From Candidatus Omnitrophota bacterium (GTDB taxonomy: Bacteria > Omnitrophota > Gorgyraeia > Duberdicusellales > 4484-171), in the NCBI GenBank assembly GCA_014729775.1, contig WJJJ01000006.1:16694-80693 (forward strand): 64,000 nucleotides of DNA, read 5' to 3'. Positions 45,396-54,676 of the stretch are shown here, piece after piece. The notes below the pieces were generated by a model. It was given only the letters and a program-made list of their open reading frames with translations. It was not told the origin of the DNA and made no database searches. Position 1 is the stretch's first letter, and the number at the start of each line of letters is the position of its first letter. A program made the translations under genes and the position numbers.

Positions 45396-47054
45396 TCATG
45401 CTCCCATTTCCGCTTTCACGTCTTCTTCGGCAGTAGCGGCCGGACGGATATTGAATTTTTCCCGGAGGACTTTGAGCACGTTGGACGAAACAAATGCCGG
45501 AAGTGAAGGCCCCAGAACAATATTCCGCACATCCAGTGAAAACAAGGTCAGCAGAATACATACCGCTTTCTGTTCGTACCAGGAAATGATGAACGAAAGC
45601 GGCAAATCATTCACGCCGCACCCCAGTGCTTCCGCGAGACCCGAAGCGATCTTGATCGCTGAATAGGAGTCGTTACACTGACCGCAGTCAAGCAAACGGG
45701 GTATCCCGCCGATCGTTCCTAAGTCCAAACGGTTAATCCTGAACTTCCCGCAGGCCAACGTCAATATCACGCAGTCTTCGGGAACCTTCTCGGCAAATTC
45801 GGTATAATAGTTGCGGCCCGGTTTGGCGCCGTCACAACCGCCGATCAAAAAAAATCTTTTGATTTTTTTCTGCTTCACCAGATCGAGTACTTTATCGGCG
45901 ACGCCAAGCACCGCATGATGACCGAAGCCTACGGTAATCGTCTTCTCGATCCGGTCATCCTTAAATCCGCCGAGAGAAAACGCTTTTTCGATGACCGGTG
46001 AAAAGTCTTTTTTTTCGTTTCCTCCGGGAATATGCGCAATTCCGGGCCAGGCGACCAAGCCGGTGGTAAAAATTCGGTCAATGTAAGAGGATTTCGGCTC
46101 CTGGATACAATTGGTCGTCATCAGGATAACCGCGGGGATTCCGTCGAACTCCTTCTGCTGATTCTGCCAGGCCGACCCAAAATGGCCGGCAAAATGAGGA
46201 TATTTTTTCAACTCAGGGTACCCGTGCGCAGGAAGCATCTCTCCGTGGGTATAGATATTGATTCCCTTCCCTTCGGTCTGCTCCAGAAGCTGTGCAAGAT
46301 CCAGCAGATCATGCCCGGAAACAATAATTGCCGGCCCTTTTTTCACTCCGAGAGCTACTTCCGTGGGTTCGGGATGGCCGAAGCGCCCGGTATGCGCAGC
46401 ATCAAGAAGTTCAAGGCATTTTAAGTTCACGCTGCCGAACTCAAAAATCAGCTTCACCAAATCATCGGCATTCAGCGAATCGTCAACTAATGCCGCCAAA
46501 CCGCGGGAAAAGAACCGATTAACCTCGATGTCTTCCTTCCCCAGCAGTAATGCGTGATGCGCGTAGGCCGCCATTCCTTTGAGACCGTAGAGCAAAATCT
46601 CCCGCAGACTGCGAATATCCTCGTCCAATTCCGGATCACTCATAATCCCTACTTCATCAGCCCGCGAAAGCATCTGCTCACGGGTCTGCCCAGGCTCCCA
46701 TAACACTGCGCTGGGAATCCCGGCAATCCATTTCTCATCCCCCCTTTCTTCCACCCTGGCTTTGAGCATATCCCTCAAAGTTCTGGCCCGTATGATATCC
46801 GCCTCCAGCCGGGCCTCGTCAAAATTCACGTTGGTTACGGTAGTAAACAGCCCTTCCGCCAGAAATCTCGCGACCTCGGCTTCTTCCATGCCAATCTTCC
46901 GCGCTTCCGATTCGTACCAGGCGATCTGCTTCAGCAGATGAACCAATACGTCCTGCAGATCTGCGACCGGAGCTGTCTTTCCGCATACTCCTTTTTGTAA
47001 ATGACACCCTTGACCCTTCATCGTCTGCTCACATTGGCGGCAAAACATTTCCAT
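45396..47054 (-). CDS. hcp: hydroxylamine reductase / hybrid-cluster protein
   Basis: MFCRQCEQT N-terminal cubane-cluster motif, 552 aa, hybrid-cluster Cys/His/Glu ligand pattern. Confidence 0.9.
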   Translation of the reverse strand: MEMFCRQCEQTMKGQGCHLQKGVCGKTAPVADLQDVLVHLLKQIAWYESEARKIGMEEAEVARFLAEGLFTTVTNVNFDEARLEADIIRARTLRDMLKARVEERGDEKWIAGIPSAVLWEPGQTREQMLSRADEVGIMSDPELDEDIRSLREILLYGLKGMAAYAHHALLLGKEDIEVNRFFSRGLAALVDDSLNADDLVKLIFEFGSVNLKCLELLDAAHTGRFGHPEPTEVALGVKKGPAIIVSGHDLLDLAQLLEQTEGKGINIYTHGEMLPAHGYPELKKYPHFAGHFGSAWQNQQKEFDGIPAVILMTTNCIQEPKSSYIDRIFTTGLVAWPGIAHIPGGNEKKDFSPVIEKAFSLGGFKDDRIEKTITVGFGHHAVLGVADKVLDLVKQKKIKRFFLIGGCDGAKPGRNYYTEFAEKVPEDCVILTLACGKFRINRLDLGTIGGIPRLLDCGQCNDSYSAIKIASGLAEALGCGVNDLPLSFIISWYEQKAVCILLTLFSLDVRNIVLGPSLPAFVSSNVLKVLREKFNIRPAATAEEDVKAEMGA

Positions 47055-47120
47055 ATAACCTCCTCTGTTTTAATTACTCCCTCCTGGATCTTTGATCGCT
47101 CTATTGTAATCAATTTTATT

Positions 47121-47534
47121 TCAGGCGGCACCCTTCCCGGATAAAGAAGCAACGGTGATTCCGTCCAGTTTTTTCCTTAGGTCCTGCTGGATCTCCTTCA
47201 TCTTCCGGTGAAGAGGACATGTCGAAGAATTCACGCAGGTCTTTGGGTTTTTTAAACACTCCATCAGGGTAAGCGGTCCCTGAAAGATACGGATCACTTC
47301 TTGCAGCTGAATCGTATCCGGCAGGCGAGCAAGTCTAAACCCACCCTGTTTACCTTTTTGAGAACGCAATACTCCGGCAGCACTGAGCCTCTGGAGAATG
47401 CGACGCAGGAACGGTTGAGGGATATCAAGCTCCCTGCTCAGCTGAGCCACAGTGACAATCCTTTCCGGATAAAGACTGAGATATGAAAGCGCCCGTATCG
47501 CGTAATCAGTATCTTTGGTAATCAGCTTCATCAT
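47121..47534 (-). CDS. Rrf2-family transcriptional regulator (NsrR/IscR-like)
   Basis: N-terminal wHTH (DYAIRALSYLS...VTVAQLSRELDIPQPFLRRILQRL). Three C-terminal Cys for a cluster. Immediately upstream of hcp. Confidence 0.8.
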   Translation of the reverse strand: MMKLITKDTDYAIRALSYLSLYPERIVTVAQLSRELDIPQPFLRRILQRLSAAGVLRSQKGKQGGFRLARLPDTIQLQEVIRIFQGPLTLMECLKNPKTCVNSSTCPLHRKMKEIQQDLRKKLDGITVASLSGKGAA

Positions 47535-47548
47535 TCACCTCCACATAT

Positions 47549-47569
47549 ATGATACTATTTTAGTATCAT
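47549..47569. promoter_or_regulatory. perfect 9-3-9 palindrome ATGATACTA-TTT-TAGTATCAT, candidate Rrf2 operator
   Basis: Read directly from the sequence; it lies 15-35 bp upstream of the rrf2 start codon, adjacent to the RBS GGAGGTG. Confidence 0.4.
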
Positions 47570-47640
47570 TTGTCAAGAAGGATCTCCTTTCCCGCGCTCC
47601 CGGACACGCCCCCCGTAAACGCCCCCTGTGAACTTCACCC

Positions 47641-47664
47641 CTGTTAACTTCAGAAGTTAACCAG
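47641..47664. promoter_or_regulatory. palindrome GTTAACTTC-A-GAAGTTAAC plus flanking CCTGTkAACTTCA and AAyGGGAGG direct repeats (47625..47751)
   Basis: Read directly from the sequence. Confidence 0.35.
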
Positions 47665-47983
47665 AGGTAATAAAATCAACGGTTTTTCACCGGTCGTGTC
47701 AACCTACGAAGTTAACGGGAGGAAGTTAATGGGAGGTACGCGAACGGGAGGTGAACAGGAAGAGACCAGATTGGTCGTTTCTTGACATCTTGGGTTACAG
47801 AACGGGAACAGGAAATGAGTGATCTGGCAGAGGATTGAAAAAGAGGGGAATATTCCGGATGTGTATGTTGAGCTAATGATTCGGATAGAGCTTGGGACCT
47901 TTCTTTTCTTCCGGCTTCTCTGCTTCTTTGCCGCTTGCCTCCTTACTCCTCTTCTCTTTTACCCTTCCCCAACCTACGCGGAT

Positions 47984-48072
47984 GAATCAGATTCGCATAT
48001 CAAAATATCAGTAGGAAGCGTGTCAAGCTCTCCGGCTATCAGAAACTGTTTCCACAGAGTTCTGATACCTCC
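47984..48072. repeat. intergenic repeat element copy E
   Basis: GCATATCAAAATATCAGTAGG left end and TATCAGAAACTG..CAGAGTTCTGATACCTCC right end. Confidence 0.45.
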
Positions 48073-48148
48073 TTCTCTTTTGCTTCTTACTTCTTCAGTC
48101 TCTCCTTCCCTCCAGGCTCAAGGATCGTGGATCCAGCGCATCCCGCCT

Positions 48149-48874
48149 CTACGCCACCCCTTCGCATCCAAACCGCCGCCGGATACTTTCCAGCCGCCCG
48201 AAACAAATCACCTTATCCTGCTCGCGGAGGAGGGTTAAAGCGGACAGGTCGGTCATGGTTCTTCCGCCCCGCTCGATCGCCAGCACATTGATCCCGTCAC
48301 GGCGCAGATCGGCCTCCGCCAGGGACTTGCCGGCGATTCCACTCTCCGCGCAGACCTCGATCTGTGATACGCCGTAGCCACCTGTGGCGACAAGCAGTTC
48401 TTCGAAGGTGACGGGAGAAATGATCTTTTTCTTCACGATCTTCGTTCTTAAATACTCGGTCACGCGGGAGGTAAATTTCGCGTGGGTGAACAGCCGGTAA
48501 AAAAGCAACCCCGCGCATATGATAACTACTAAATTCATCACCGGCAGCAGCCATGCCGGAAAAACCAGGTGCAGGAACGGGATCTGTATCTTTTCCGCAA
48601 GGCTCACCGGACGCAGGGAATTGGCGAACGTCGCCACCAGCGTAACCAGTCCCGCGTGTCCCAGCACGATCAGGACACTGGCGATGCGGCGCCGCTGAGG
48701 ATTGCCGGTGATCAGTTCAGCTTCCTTGGTAGTAAAACCGGTACCGGTGAAACAGGACAATGCCTGGAACTTCGCCAGCGACCATTCCAGACCCGTCAAC
48801 TCAAACGCGACCGCGCCGATGCGCACGATTACGAAGGCCACGGTAATGGCCAGAAGGAATAGGAACAGATTCAT
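48149..48874 (-). CDS. membrane protein with C-terminal TrkA-C (RCK_C)-like domain, putative ion channel/transporter
   Basis: N-terminal TM helices plus a pore-like segment (CFTGTGFTT); the C-terminal soluble domain (VCAESGIAGKSLAEADL..GINVLAIERGG) resembles TrkA-C. Confidence 0.45.
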   Translation of the reverse strand: MNLFLFLLAITVAFVIVRIGAVAFELTGLEWSLAKFQALSCFTGTGFTTKEAELITGNPQRRRIASVLIVLGHAGLVTLVATFANSLRPVSLAEKIQIPFLHLVFPAWLLPVMNLVVIICAGLLFYRLFTHAKFTSRVTEYLRTKIVKKKIISPVTFEELLVATGGYGVSQIEVCAESGIAGKSLAEADLRRDGINVLAIERGGRTMTDLSALTLLREQDKVICFGRLESIRRRFGCEGVA

Positions 48875-48924
48875 CTTTCCTCCTTTGCTGTATCCGCCGG
48901 GGGCCTTACCCGAAAGCGGACGGT

Positions 48925-50169
48925 TCAGAATTCTTTTTTATACCGAAAATAAATCTTTCCCTCGCCTTCTTCCCGGGCTTCTTCCGCTGGCGTCTCCGCG
49001 GGCTGTCGGATTTCCTTTTCGGCGCCCACGGAAACGCCGTCAGAGATCTCGACCTCGCCGCCGATGGTATGTTTTGTTTCCGGGGTTTCCTCCTCGAAAT
49101 TCTCCTGCTCCACCCGGTATTTTACCGCCGCCCCGGGAGTAACCTCTTTTTTAATCTCCAGCGCTCTGGTCTCTCCCTGCAGTTCTACGGAGAACTCCTT
49201 AATGCCCAGCCGGTTACCCAACTTTTCGGCTTCACCCCCGAGCATGAAATAATCCACGAACTCTCCTACCATTTCCGGAGTCACCTCGCCTTCTTGAAAA
49301 CCCTGTTCGGTCGCCTTCCACCGTTTGCCGGTCACCAGCATGACCAGAAGATGCTGGGGCGGAAGATGCGGAACAGAAGAAAGCTCCATCTGGGGCGCAC
49401 GAACGGTGCCGGTCAGGGATAAATGTATCTTGATCCCCTCGATGTCGGTCACCGCTTTTATGTATAGAGCCGGATCCGCCGGATCTCCGGTAAACGTACA
49501 ACGGCTGGGCTTCAGTCCAAAGGAAACATTGTTCGGTCCGGTAATCCGCCCTCCTTTGATATCGACTTTGCCCTCAACCCTGTTCTTTTCCGTATCGGTT
49601 TCTAGCGTATACGCCAGCGGAATGTCCTGAGCCGTGAAATTCTCGTATTCCGCCCGGAGGACGGACCCGTTTCCGGATAAGATCACGCGGGGAAGTTGGC
49701 CCGCGGCGTGGATATTGAATTCTTCCAGAGTACCGCTGAGCGCAAGCCCTCCGTCTTTCCCGGGAAACAAGTCAACAAGCCCCACCCGGGGCGCGTAGAC
49801 GGTAAGATCAAGCACCGATTCCTCATAAGAGCCGTAAAACAGTATTCGGCGGGAATGAGGAAGCTTGAGCGTACCGTTGAACACGTTCAGCCATATTCCG
49901 GAAATCTTCAGGCGTATGTCCGCCCGCTGGATTTCCCACTGGTCGCTCACGGCAAGAAAACGAGTATCGTCAATCCGGACGTCATGCAGAGAAAACGTGC
50001 CCGACAAACGGCCCGACGCATCATTATACTCTATGGAATCGGGTCCGAGATAATAAGCCGACACCGTCCGAACGGCCAGCTCCCCGCCGGAAGGAGTACC
50101 CAAGATCCAAACGGCGGCACCGCACGCGACCACGACGGGCAGAAATAAGAAAAGAATTCTTTTTTTCAT
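48925..50169 (-). CDS. TamB-like / DUF490 translocation-assembly-module domain protein, short form
   Basis: Signal anchor; C-terminal GTVRAPQMELSSVPHLPPQHLLVMLVTG is typical of the TamB DUF490 segment. Confidence 0.5.
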   Translation of the reverse strand: MKKRILFLFLPVVVACGAAVWILGTPSGGELAVRTVSAYYLGPDSIEYNDASGRLSGTFSLHDVRIDDTRFLAVSDQWEIQRADIRLKISGIWLNVFNGTLKLPHSRRILFYGSYEESVLDLTVYAPRVGLVDLFPGKDGGLALSGTLEEFNIHAAGQLPRVILSGNGSVLRAEYENFTAQDIPLAYTLETDTEKNRVEGKVDIKGGRITGPNNVSFGLKPSRCTFTGDPADPALYIKAVTDIEGIKIHLSLTGTVRAPQMELSSVPHLPPQHLLVMLVTGKRWKATEQGFQEGEVTPEMVGEFVDYFMLGGEAEKLGNRLGIKEFSVELQGETRALEIKKEVTPGAAVKYRVEQENFEEETPETKHTIGGEVEISDGVSVGAEKEIRQPAETPAEEAREEGEGKIYFRYKKEF

Positions 50170-50213
50170 GAAGATGCAAGATTACCGGATATTCACGAGG
50201 CCGACGGCGAACG

Positions 50214-51068
50214 TCAGGAAGAACCTTCCTGATGTCGGCCGGGCAGGTGCGGTTCTTGAATTCGGATCACCGGAAACGGAAAACCGGCATCCCGGAATTT
50301 CTCAATAAGTTTCTCTCTGATCTCACAGCGCAGACTCCAGGTCTCCGGCGCGTCTTTTCCCTTGCTTAAAATACGCAGGACCATCGTGCGTTCGGTAAAA
50401 TCCACGACCTGCACCACCGCGACTTTTTCCTTGGTCGCGAACTGGCTCTGGCCCACAATCTCCCGGACCCACGATTTGATCTGCTCAACGTCACAAAGAT
50501 AATCAACATAAAGCATAACGCTGCCCAACAGCGATGGATCCTTAATGGTCCAGTTCTGCATGACCGTACTGGCTAAAATGTTATTGGGAACGATGATCCT
50601 GCGGTTGTCCCAGGTACGGATCATCGTCTGCATAAGAGAAATTTCTTCGATCCATCCGAAATCGTTCTGGAAAATTACCGCGTCCCCCAGCCGCACCGGC
50701 TGGGCAAAAGAGATGGAAATGCCCGCGATAACGTTGGATAACGTGCTCTGTGCGGCCATTCCTAATACGACTCCGGCCACTCCGGCCGACGCGAGCAAAC
50801 CGGTTCCTATATTCTTCACCGCTTCAAACTGCAGGAGAAAAATGACGAATGCGAAGAAATAAATTCCCGCGATGAGTACGCGGCGAAGGATCGTCACTTT
50901 GGTATCGAGGGCGGAAATGCCTGCCATCTTTCTCCGTTCCAGGCGGGATGCCAGCACTTTGCGCCAGCGGTTCACGAGAATCCCGGCGACTTTCGCCGCG
51001 ATCACGGCCACAAGAAAAATCACGGCGCTGACCGCGATCTTAGGAATAATTTCGGTGTTCCACTCCAT
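50214..51068 (-). CDS. mechanosensitive ion channel, MscS family (small)
   Basis: Three TM helices plus the MscS beta-domain (GDAVIFQNDFGWIEEISLMQTMIRTWDNRRIIVPN). Confidence 0.75.
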   Translation of the reverse strand: MEWNTEIIPKIAVSAVIFLVAVIAAKVAGILVNRWRKVLASRLERRKMAGISALDTKVTILRRVLIAGIYFFAFVIFLLQFEAVKNIGTGLLASAGVAGVVLGMAAQSTLSNVIAGISISFAQPVRLGDAVIFQNDFGWIEEISLMQTMIRTWDNRRIIVPNNILASTVMQNWTIKDPSLLGSVMLYVDYLCDVEQIKSWVREIVGQSQFATKEKVAVVQVVDFTERTMVLRILSKGKDAPETWSLRCEIREKLIEKFRDAGFPFPVIRIQEPHLPGRHQEGSS

Positions 51069-52489
51069 TATTCTTCCCGTTTCGCGACCGGCACGTATTT
51101 CTTGCCGAATGAACCCGCGTATACCGCCCTCGGCCGGAAAATCCGGTTATTTTCCAAATACTCCATCACCCGGGACGTCCATCCGGCTACGCGGCTCACC
51201 GCGAAAAGTGCCGTAAACATCTCCACCGGTATCCCCAGACAGGAATACACGATGCCGGAATAGAAATCTACATTCGGAAATATACCTTTGGTTTCCCCCA
51301 GCCGGGCAATCGCCAACTTTTCCAGCTCCTTGGCCGTGGCGTAAAGCCTTTTTATTTCGTCACTGCCGCGGTTCTCCACCAGGTATTCGGCCAGCGGCCC
51401 CAACACCCGCGCCCGGGGATCATACGCCTTGTATACCCGGTGTCCGAATCCCATGATCTTTTTCTTCTTTTCACAAGTCTGTTCAAACCATCCTTTTGCT
51501 TTTTTGGGATCGTCGATCTCACGAAGCATTTTTAACACCTCGGCGTTCGCACCGCCGTGCAGAGGTCCGTTGAGCGCCGCGATCCCCGACCCTACCGCCA
51601 GGTACATATCGGAAAGCGTGGAGGCGACGACCATCGTCGCGAACGTACTCGCGTTCATCCCGTGATCCGCGTGCAGGATCAGCGTAACGTCCATAATCCG
51701 CTCCTCGATCGGCGTCGGCCTTCTTCCCGTGATCATATACACGAGATTCCCGGCATGGCTTAAATCAGGATCGGGCTCTAAGGGGAGCGCTCCCCGCCGG
51801 ATTCGCTCCACCGCCCCGGCGATCGTCGCCACCCCGGAAATCAGCCGGTACGTCGGGGTAAACCCCACCGGCGGGCCGTACTTTTTATCCACTTCTTTCG
51901 GTTTGGACCCGCCTTTTTTCTCTTTAAACTCATATATCGCGTGCTTTTCGCCGCGGGGCCGCGTCTCCATGGGAATGGAATCCTCGTCCGCGCTGATCGA
52001 AGGGAACCTGTCCGGACGGTACGCTTCCTGGTCCACGTAAGTACTTTCCTGCCGCATCAGGTTGGTCCCCAGACGCAGCGCGGCCATCGCGTTCATCTTC
52101 TCCACCGGAAACCCCATCAGTGTTCTGATGGTCTGGGGTACCCGCCGGCAATGAAGCAACTGGGAGGAAAAACGCTCATGCTGTTTCCCCGTGGGCAGTT
52201 CCCCGTGCAGAAGCAAGTAGGACACTTCCTCGAAACTTGAATGCGCGCAGAGATCAAAAATGTCATACCCCCGGTATATCAGTTCTCCTTTGGAACCGTT
52301 GACGTACCCGATCTTACTTTCACAGGCAATCGCCCCCTCCAAACCGGGACCGACGATACAGTTCACCGGCCACTTTACCGGCCCCGTGTATGGGGCTTCT
52401 TCCTGAGGCGTTTTCTTCACCTCCGCCCGCGCTTCCTTTTTTGCGTTCTTGATCAGTGTGGTTATTTCTTTGGTCTTGCTCACCATCAT
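51068..52489 (-). CDS. gltA: citrate synthase
   Basis: GFGHRVYK, LILHADHG and VSRVAGW motifs. A ~45-aa insertion is present relative to typical enzymes. Confidence 0.9.
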   Translation of the reverse strand: MMVSKTKEITTLIKNAKKEARAEVKKTPQEEAPYTGPVKWPVNCIVGPGLEGAIACESKIGYVNGSKGELIYRGYDIFDLCAHSSFEEVSYLLLHGELPTGKQHERFSSQLLHCRRVPQTIRTLMGFPVEKMNAMAALRLGTNLMRQESTYVDQEAYRPDRFPSISADEDSIPMETRPRGEKHAIYEFKEKKGGSKPKEVDKKYGPPVGFTPTYRLISGVATIAGAVERIRRGALPLEPDPDLSHAGNLVYMITGRRPTPIEERIMDVTLILHADHGMNASTFATMVVASTLSDMYLAVGSGIAALNGPLHGGANAEVLKMLREIDDPKKAKGWFEQTCEKKKKIMGFGHRVYKAYDPRARVLGPLAEYLVENRGSDEIKRLYATAKELEKLAIARLGETKGIFPNVDFYSGIVYSCLGIPVEMFTALFAVSRVAGWTSRVMEYLENNRIFRPRAVYAGSFGKKYVPVAKREE

Positions 52490-52717
52490 GCCTCCTTTGA
52501 TAATCCTTACTTAATGAGATTTATTGCTCATGGATCTGCGATCCTGGTCATTCAATAGAAAATAACATGAAGCGAAGATCCCGTATCCAAGTTCTCTTCT
52601 CTATCCAGCATTCAGGCTCCAAGATAAAGGATCCGGAATCATATTCCTCATTATAAGCACACCCAGACCCGGATGCAACAGAAGAATACCGCCTCCGCAC
52701 ACTTACAATTATCCGTG

Positions 52718-54322
52718 CTACAGCGTACGCAGGTACTTCTTAAGCGGCGGGATGGCCTGCGGATTGACGCTCAGCGACCGGAGCCCGGCACGCACGAATT
52801 TACCGGACCAACGAGGATCCGCGGCCAGTTCCCCGCACACACTGCATTCAATCCCGGCCGTTCGCGCCGCCTCGATCACCCGGCGGACCAAAGGAAAAAT
52901 CAACGCGGCGCCCTTCCGGTAATAGTTCGCCACCGCGGCGTTCTCTCTGCCCGCGGCCATTGAATACTGAATAAGATCATTAGTCCCCACCGAGAGAAAA
53001 TCCGAGAGCCGGCATAATTGCTCAACCTGAAAAACCGCCGCCGGGGTTTCAATCATGGTGCCTATCCGCAGAGACGGACAGTGCACCCCTTCCGCGGACA
53101 GCTTCTCCTGACAAAACTCCACAATGCTTCGAACCCGGCGCACCTCCTGAGGGAGGGTCACCATCGGGATGCACAGACGCACCGGAAAATCCCGTGCCAG
53201 ACGAAGCATCACCCGAATTTGTGTCTCCAGCAGACCGCGGTGGGCAAGCAGAAAGCGCACACCCCGCAAGCCCAGCGACGGATTCAGTTCGTGCGCCGGC
53301 TCCTGATAAGGCAATAATTTATCCCCTCCTATGTCCAAAAGACGAAAGACACAATCCCGGCCGCCGGCCTGGACTAATATGGCGCGAAAATGGTCCAGCA
53401 AAAAATTTTCTTTCGGGAAAGAACGGCTGGACAGATATACCTGTTCAATCCGGAACAGCCCGATACCCTCCGCGCCGGAGGCCAGCGCCGCCTTCACGTC
53501 TTCGATACAGGCCGCGTTGGCGCAGACCCGGATCCGTGTCCCTTGCCGCGTCACCGCCGGCGCGGACGCTTCCCCGGCCGTCGCAAGCCGGTCACGTTCA
53601 AGCTGTTTCTTCCGGTCGATGTACCGGGAAAACACCTTCTTCTCCGGCGAGACGAACAACACCCCCTTCTCGCCGTCGAGGAGCACAGGAACGCCGGAAG
53701 ACACAAGAGAACAGAGCGATTTCACTCCGTATACTCCCGGAACCCCCAATCCACGCGCGAGTATTGCGCTGTGGGAATTAGCACTCCCCTCTTCTACAAC
53801 TATCCCGCGCAGATGAGCGCGGTTGAGCTGAACGGTATCCGAAGGAAGCAGGCGCCGGGCAATCACAATACTGCCCGGGGGAAGTTCTTTAAGCTCGTTT
53901 TTCTCATACCCAAGCAACACCCTGAGCAGCCGGCAGCTCACGTCATGAAAATCATCGGCGCGGCTTCGAAAATTCTCGTCGGACATCGAGAGCAGAGAAT
54001 TCATCCAACGCCGAAACACGTTACGCACCGCCTGCTCGGCGCTCACCAGCTCGTTTTCCAGCTCTTCCAGAATCGCGCTCTTGAGCTGTTCATCCTTGAG
54101 TATCTGTTTATGCGCTTCAAAAATCGCCGCGTGTTCTTTCCCTATCTGCCGTTCAACCGCGTAACGAGTCTGTTCCAGGTCTTTTACTACCTCGACCAGC
54201 GCGTTATACACCCGCACCATTTCACGGTGAACTTCTTCTTTTTTTACTTCTCCGGGCAGTACATTTCGGCTGAGGATATCCCGGTACGGAAACGCCAGGC
54301 CGTAGGCAATCCCCGGCGACAT
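52718..54322 (-). CDS. ptsI: phosphoenolpyruvate-protein phosphotransferase (PTS enzyme I)
   Basis: Start chosen at MSPGIAYG. The GSANSHSAILARGLGVP phosphohistidine region and PEP-utilising C-terminal TIM barrel are present. Confidence 0.85.
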   Translation of the reverse strand: MSPGIAYGLAFPYRDILSRNVLPGEVKKEEVHREMVRVYNALVEVVKDLEQTRYAVERQIGKEHAAIFEAHKQILKDEQLKSAILEELENELVSAEQAVRNVFRRWMNSLLSMSDENFRSRADDFHDVSCRLLRVLLGYEKNELKELPPGSIVIARRLLPSDTVQLNRAHLRGIVVEEGSANSHSAILARGLGVPGVYGVKSLCSLVSSGVPVLLDGEKGVLFVSPEKKVFSRYIDRKKQLERDRLATAGEASAPAVTRQGTRIRVCANAACIEDVKAALASGAEGIGLFRIEQVYLSSRSFPKENFLLDHFRAILVQAGGRDCVFRLLDIGGDKLLPYQEPAHELNPSLGLRGVRFLLAHRGLLETQIRVMLRLARDFPVRLCIPMVTLPQEVRRVRSIVEFCQEKLSAEGVHCPSLRIGTMIETPAAVFQVEQLCRLSDFLSVGTNDLIQYSMAAGRENAAVANYYRKGAALIFPLVRRVIEAARTAGIECSVCGELAADPRWSGKFVRAGLRSLSVNPQAIPPLKKYLRTL

Positions 54323-54399
54323 CACTTTTCCCCGCAGTCTCGTATTGAGCTTGAGTTCGGCCGTCATTGCGTTATTAATTCCGGGGGTTCTCTGATGCT

Positions 54400-54663
54400 T
54401 CAGCACGGAAACATCGTCGTTGTCTTCACCCGGGCAGTCTTTCTCGGCGCGTTGCGGTGGATCAGAGCAGCCCGTCTCCGGTCCTTTTCCCGTAAACGGC
54501 TCAAGCCGTCAACAAACATCCGGCGGTAAAGATCCACCGCTTTTTCTTCTTCCTCAAATGAAGAATACATCCATTGAGCGGTTTGACCGGAGAAGTGACG
54601 GATTTCGGACATCACCGATTGGAAAACCCGGTGCGCGCGTTCAGGACGATAAACTTTCCCCAT
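54400..54663 (-). CDS. small hypothetical protein
   Basis: 87-aa ORF between the HAD hydrolase and ptsI. No recognisable motif. Confidence 0.3.
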   Translation of the reverse strand: MGKVYRPERAHRVFQSVMSEIRHFSGQTAQWMYSSFEEEEKAVDLYRRMFVDGLSRLREKDRRRAALIHRNAPRKTARVKTTTMFPC

Positions 54664-54676
54664 CTCCGCCTCCTTG

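Noticed and set aside
47819-48238. 139-aa + strand ORF across the CT-rich intergenic region
   Set aside because: It consists of low-complexity Leu/Ser/Pro read-through of the pyrimidine tract and repeat copy E, with no RBS and no domain.
48149-48874. Calling 48149-48874 a potassium channel
   Set aside because: The pore-like segment reads TGTGFTT, not the canonical T-x-G-Y/F-G-D selectivity filter. It is kept as a generic TrkA-C domain channel/transporter.
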